Of a DNA stretch of 7,004 nt, positions 5,037-7,004 are shown piece after piece (within the stretch, counting starts at the first letter, position 1; each line of letters begins with the position of its first letter). A model generated the notes under the pieces. The model was not told the origin of the DNA. It searched no databases and saw nothing but the letters and a program-made list of their open reading frames with translations. Origin of the DNA: a virus (lineage: Duplodnaviria > Heunggongvirae > Uroviricota > Caudoviricetes); the IMG/VR virus record IMGVR_UViG_2713896784_000026; one strand, given 5' to 3'. The translations under genes and the position numbers were made by a program.

Positions 5037-5999
5037 ATGAGCAGCAAGCTTCATGGTCTTGTCTGGGAAGGGTGCGCCTTCACCGGCATGATCTTATCCA
5101 GGGTGGCGGTTATGGCCCGTCTTGCAGACTACAGCAATGACGAGGGCGTGTCATGGCCTGCCATTGAAACTATCCGGCGTCAGATCGGTGCAAGAAGTGA
5201 ATCCACAGTGAAATCGGCTATTGCAGAACTGGCGAAAGAGGGCTGGCTGACGAAGGAAGAGCGTAAGGTCGGTGGGCGTAATGTAAGCAATATCTATCGG
5301 CTTAATGTGGAAAAACTCGAAGCAGCTGCTGCGGCGGCGCGTGAGTCATATAAACCGAAAAGAAAAATTAGCCCGGCAAAAAATGACCCGTTAACAGTTG
5401 CCCCGTCAAATATTGCCCCCTCAACGGTTGACCCGTCAAATTTTGATGGATCAACTGTTGATAACAAACTGCCGATTAGGGGGGCGATGATTGACCCCGA
5501 TCCGTCAGTATTAAAACCTGATCCGTCAGATAAAAGATCTTCTTGTCCGGACGCTTCGCAACCGGACCCGCAGACGGCTGAACAGAATTTTTTAACCCGA
5601 CACCCTGACGCGGTTGTGTTCAGTGCGAAAAAACGCCAGTGGGGAAGTCAGGAAGATTTGGTGTGCGCACAGTGGATCTGGGGACGAATCGTGAGTCTTT
5701 ACGAGCAGGCGGCCAGCGATGATGGCGAGATCACGAGACCGAAAGAACCCAACTGGACTGCATGGGCCAATGACGTGCGGACAATGCGGATGCTGGATGG
5801 CAGAACTCACAGACAAATTTGTGAAATGTTTGGGCGTCTCCAGCGGGATTCGTTCTGGGTAAAAAACATCATGAGTCCGGCAAAACTCCGGGAAAAATGG
5901 GATGAACTGGTTATCCGCCTGGGGCGTTCGCCCGCGCAGCGTTGCGTGAATCACATTTCTGAACCGGACACTGAAATACCGCCGGGATTCAGGGGGTGA
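5037..5999 (+). CDS. Phage replication initiation protein (lambda O-like): N-terminal wHTH DNA-binding domain, repetitive Pro/Ser linker, C-terminal domain
   Basis: ATG 5037 preceded by GGGGG with a 4-nt spacer; the track starts at GTG 5022. The N-terminus (RLADYSNDEGVSWPAIETIRRQIGARSESTVKSAIAELAKEGWL) is typical of replication-initiator HTH domains. It sits immediately upstream of the DnaC-like gene, as in lambdoid replication modules. Confidence 0.7.
   Translation: MSSKLHGLVWEGCAFTGMILSRVAVMARLADYSNDEGVSWPAIETIRRQIGARSESTVKSAIAELAKEGWLTKEERKVGGRNVSNIYRLNVEKLEAAAAAARESYKPKRKISPAKNDPLTVAPSNIAPSTVDPSNFDGSTVDNKLPIRGAMIDPDPSVLKPDPSDKRSSCPDASQPDPQTAEQNFLTRHPDAVVFSAKKRQWGSQEDLVCAQWIWGRIVSLYEQAASDDGEITRPKEPNWTAWANDVRTMRMLDGRTHRQICEMFGRLQRDSFWVKNIMSPAKLREKWDELVIRLGRSPAQRCVNHISEPDTEIPPGFRG
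5386..5460 (+). repeat. Five tandem imperfect 15-bp repeats (consensus about aCCCgTCAAnnnTTG) inside the O-like gene; candidate iterons or coding linker repeats
   Basis: acccgttaacagttg / ccccgtcaaatattg / ccccctcaacggttg / acccgtcaaattttg / atggatcaactgttg. They are followed by two copies of GATCCGTCAG (5499..5508 and 5520..5529) in a more AT-rich stretch. Confidence 0.7.
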
Positions 6000-6005
6000 C
6001 GTGTC

Positions 6006-6746
6006 ATGAAAAACATTGCGGCAGTTGGGGTTCTTGAACGTATTCGCAGACTTGCACCACAGGGGGCGGTTCCACCGTACCGGACGGTGGAGGAGTGGCG
6101 GGAATGGCAACTTGCTGAAGGACGAAAACGCAGCGAGGAGATTAACCGCCTGAATCATCAGGTGCGGGTTGAAAAAATCCTGAACCGTGCGGGCATCCAG
6201 CCGCTTCACAGGAAGTGCTCATTCGGGAACTACCGGGTGCAGAACGACGGTCAGCGCCATGCTCTGAGCCAGGCGAAATCCATTGCCGATGAATTGATGA
6301 CCGGATGTACAAACTTCGTGTTCAGCGGTAAACCTGGTACCGGTAAAAATCACCTGGCAGCAGCGATTGGCAATCGGCTGATGGCGAAGGGGAGAAGCGT
6401 GATTATCGTCACCGTGTCCGATGTCATGAGCGTGTTGCATGACGGCTACGACAACGGCCAGTCCGGGGAAAAATTTTTACAGGAGCTTTGTGGAGTTGAC
6501 CTTCTGGTCCTTGATGAAATTGGCATGCAGCGGGATACGCGCAACGAGCAGGTCACGCTGAACCAGATAGTCGACCGCAGAACGGCTTCGATGCGTAGTG
6601 TCGGAATGCTGACGAACCTGAATCACGCAGCGATGAGCACACTCCTCGGAGATCGGGTGATGGACCGTATGACCATGAATGGTGGTCGTTGGGTGAATTT
6701 TAACTGGGAGAGCTGGCGGTCAAACGTTGGACGTCAGGGTATGTGA
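6006..6746 (+). CDS. DnaC-like replicative helicase loader (IstB-like AAA+ ATPase), 246 aa
   Basis: Walker A GKPGTGKNHLAAAIG and Walker B LLVLDEIG. Begins 7 nt after the O-like stop. Same length and position as the Rac prophage ydaV gene as far as I recall. Confidence 0.85.
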   Translation: MKNIAAVGVLERIRRLAPQGAVPPYRTVEEWREWQLAEGRKRSEEINRLNHQVRVEKILNRAGIQPLHRKCSFGNYRVQNDGQRHALSQAKSIADELMTGCTNFVFSGKPGTGKNHLAAAIGNRLMAKGRSVIIVTVSDVMSVLHDGYDNGQSGEKFLQELCGVDLLVLDEIGMQRDTRNEQVTLNQIVDRRTASMRSVGMLTNLNHAAMSTLLGDRVMDRMTMNGGRWVNFNWESWRSNVGRQGM

Positions 6747-6771
6747 GAATTTTTGACGAGGTAAATTTTCG

Positions 6772-7004
6772 ATGGAAACTGTATTGCATGCACTGAAAGC
6801 GATGGGAAAAGCCAATTCTGTTGAACTGGCGGCGCGGCTTGATATCAGCCGTGAAGAAGTTCTTAACGAACTGTGGGAACTCAAAAAAATGGCGTTGTTG
6901 ATAAAACGGGTCACACCTGGTTTCTGGCTGTCGAAGGTGAAGCCGGGGTAACCGAAGGGCAGGCACTACAACCTGAAGCGCCGGATGTGGTAACCGAAGA
7001 GGTC
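6772..7004 (+). pseudogene. Winged-helix DNA-binding protein gene with reading frame broken at an A7 run (6883..6889); continues past the right edge
   Basis: From ATG 6772 the frame encodes a clean HTH ([39 protein letters not shown]) but continues with rare codons (TTG TTG ATA AAA CGG) to a stop at 6949. The -1 frame after the A-run has good codons and a plausible wing ([24 protein letters not shown]...) and stays open to 7004. Not in the ORF track (below its length cut-off or truncated). Confidence 0.45.

Noticed and set aside
4522-5054. ORFs 4522..4785 (-), 4659..4922 (+) and 4704..5054 (-)
   Set aside because: All overlap the ydaS/ydaT-like genes in alternative frames or antisense and read through the masked N run, so their apparent length is an artefact of the mask.
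5592-6440. Minus-strand ORFs 5592..6209 (205 aa) and 6219..6440 (73 aa)
   Set aside because: Antisense to the initiator and DnaC-like genes, whose plus-strand products have clear domain signatures; the minus-strand translations are Cys/His/Arg-rich with no motifs.
6700-6966. Minus-strand ORFs 6700..6966 and 6720..6914
   Set aside because: Antisense to the 3' end of the DnaC-like gene and to the winged-helix gene; no RBS; poor composition.

Overview
This window reads as the early/immunity/replication region of a lambdoid (Rac- or CP-933P-like) prophage from an E. coli-like enterobacterium. All protein identifications are from reading the translations and from memory of the families; no database search was run. 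Left to right: (1) the 5' part of a long minus-strand gene resembling exonuclease VIII RecE (1..1469, continues past the left edge); (2) two translationally coupled small minus-strand genes and a well-supported 72-aa minus-strand gene, separated by a ~480-bp ORF-poor segment that carries a perfect 19-bp inverted repeat and a masked run of 54 N; (3) a plus-strand small zinc-ribbon gene with its own hairpin; (4) an immunity module organised as a three-gene minus-strand operon, HTH regulator then 63-aa antitoxin then ParE toxin (matching what I recall of paaR2-paaA2-parE2), divergent from a Cro-like ydaS homologue and an overlapping ydaT homologue (interrupted by 50 N); (5) replication genes, a lambda O-like initiator containing tandem 15-bp repeats and a DnaC-like helicase loader; (6) a winged-helix gene whose reading frame breaks at an A7 run and runs off the right edge. 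Similar 18-bp operator-like sites (GTTTA-N8-TAAAC) occur both in the divergent promoter region and about 1 kb to the left, giving an oR/oL-like layout. I see no CRISPR array, tRNA, rRNA or transposase. The most unexplained parts are the zinc-ribbon gene, the three small early-left genes and the inverted-repeat segment.
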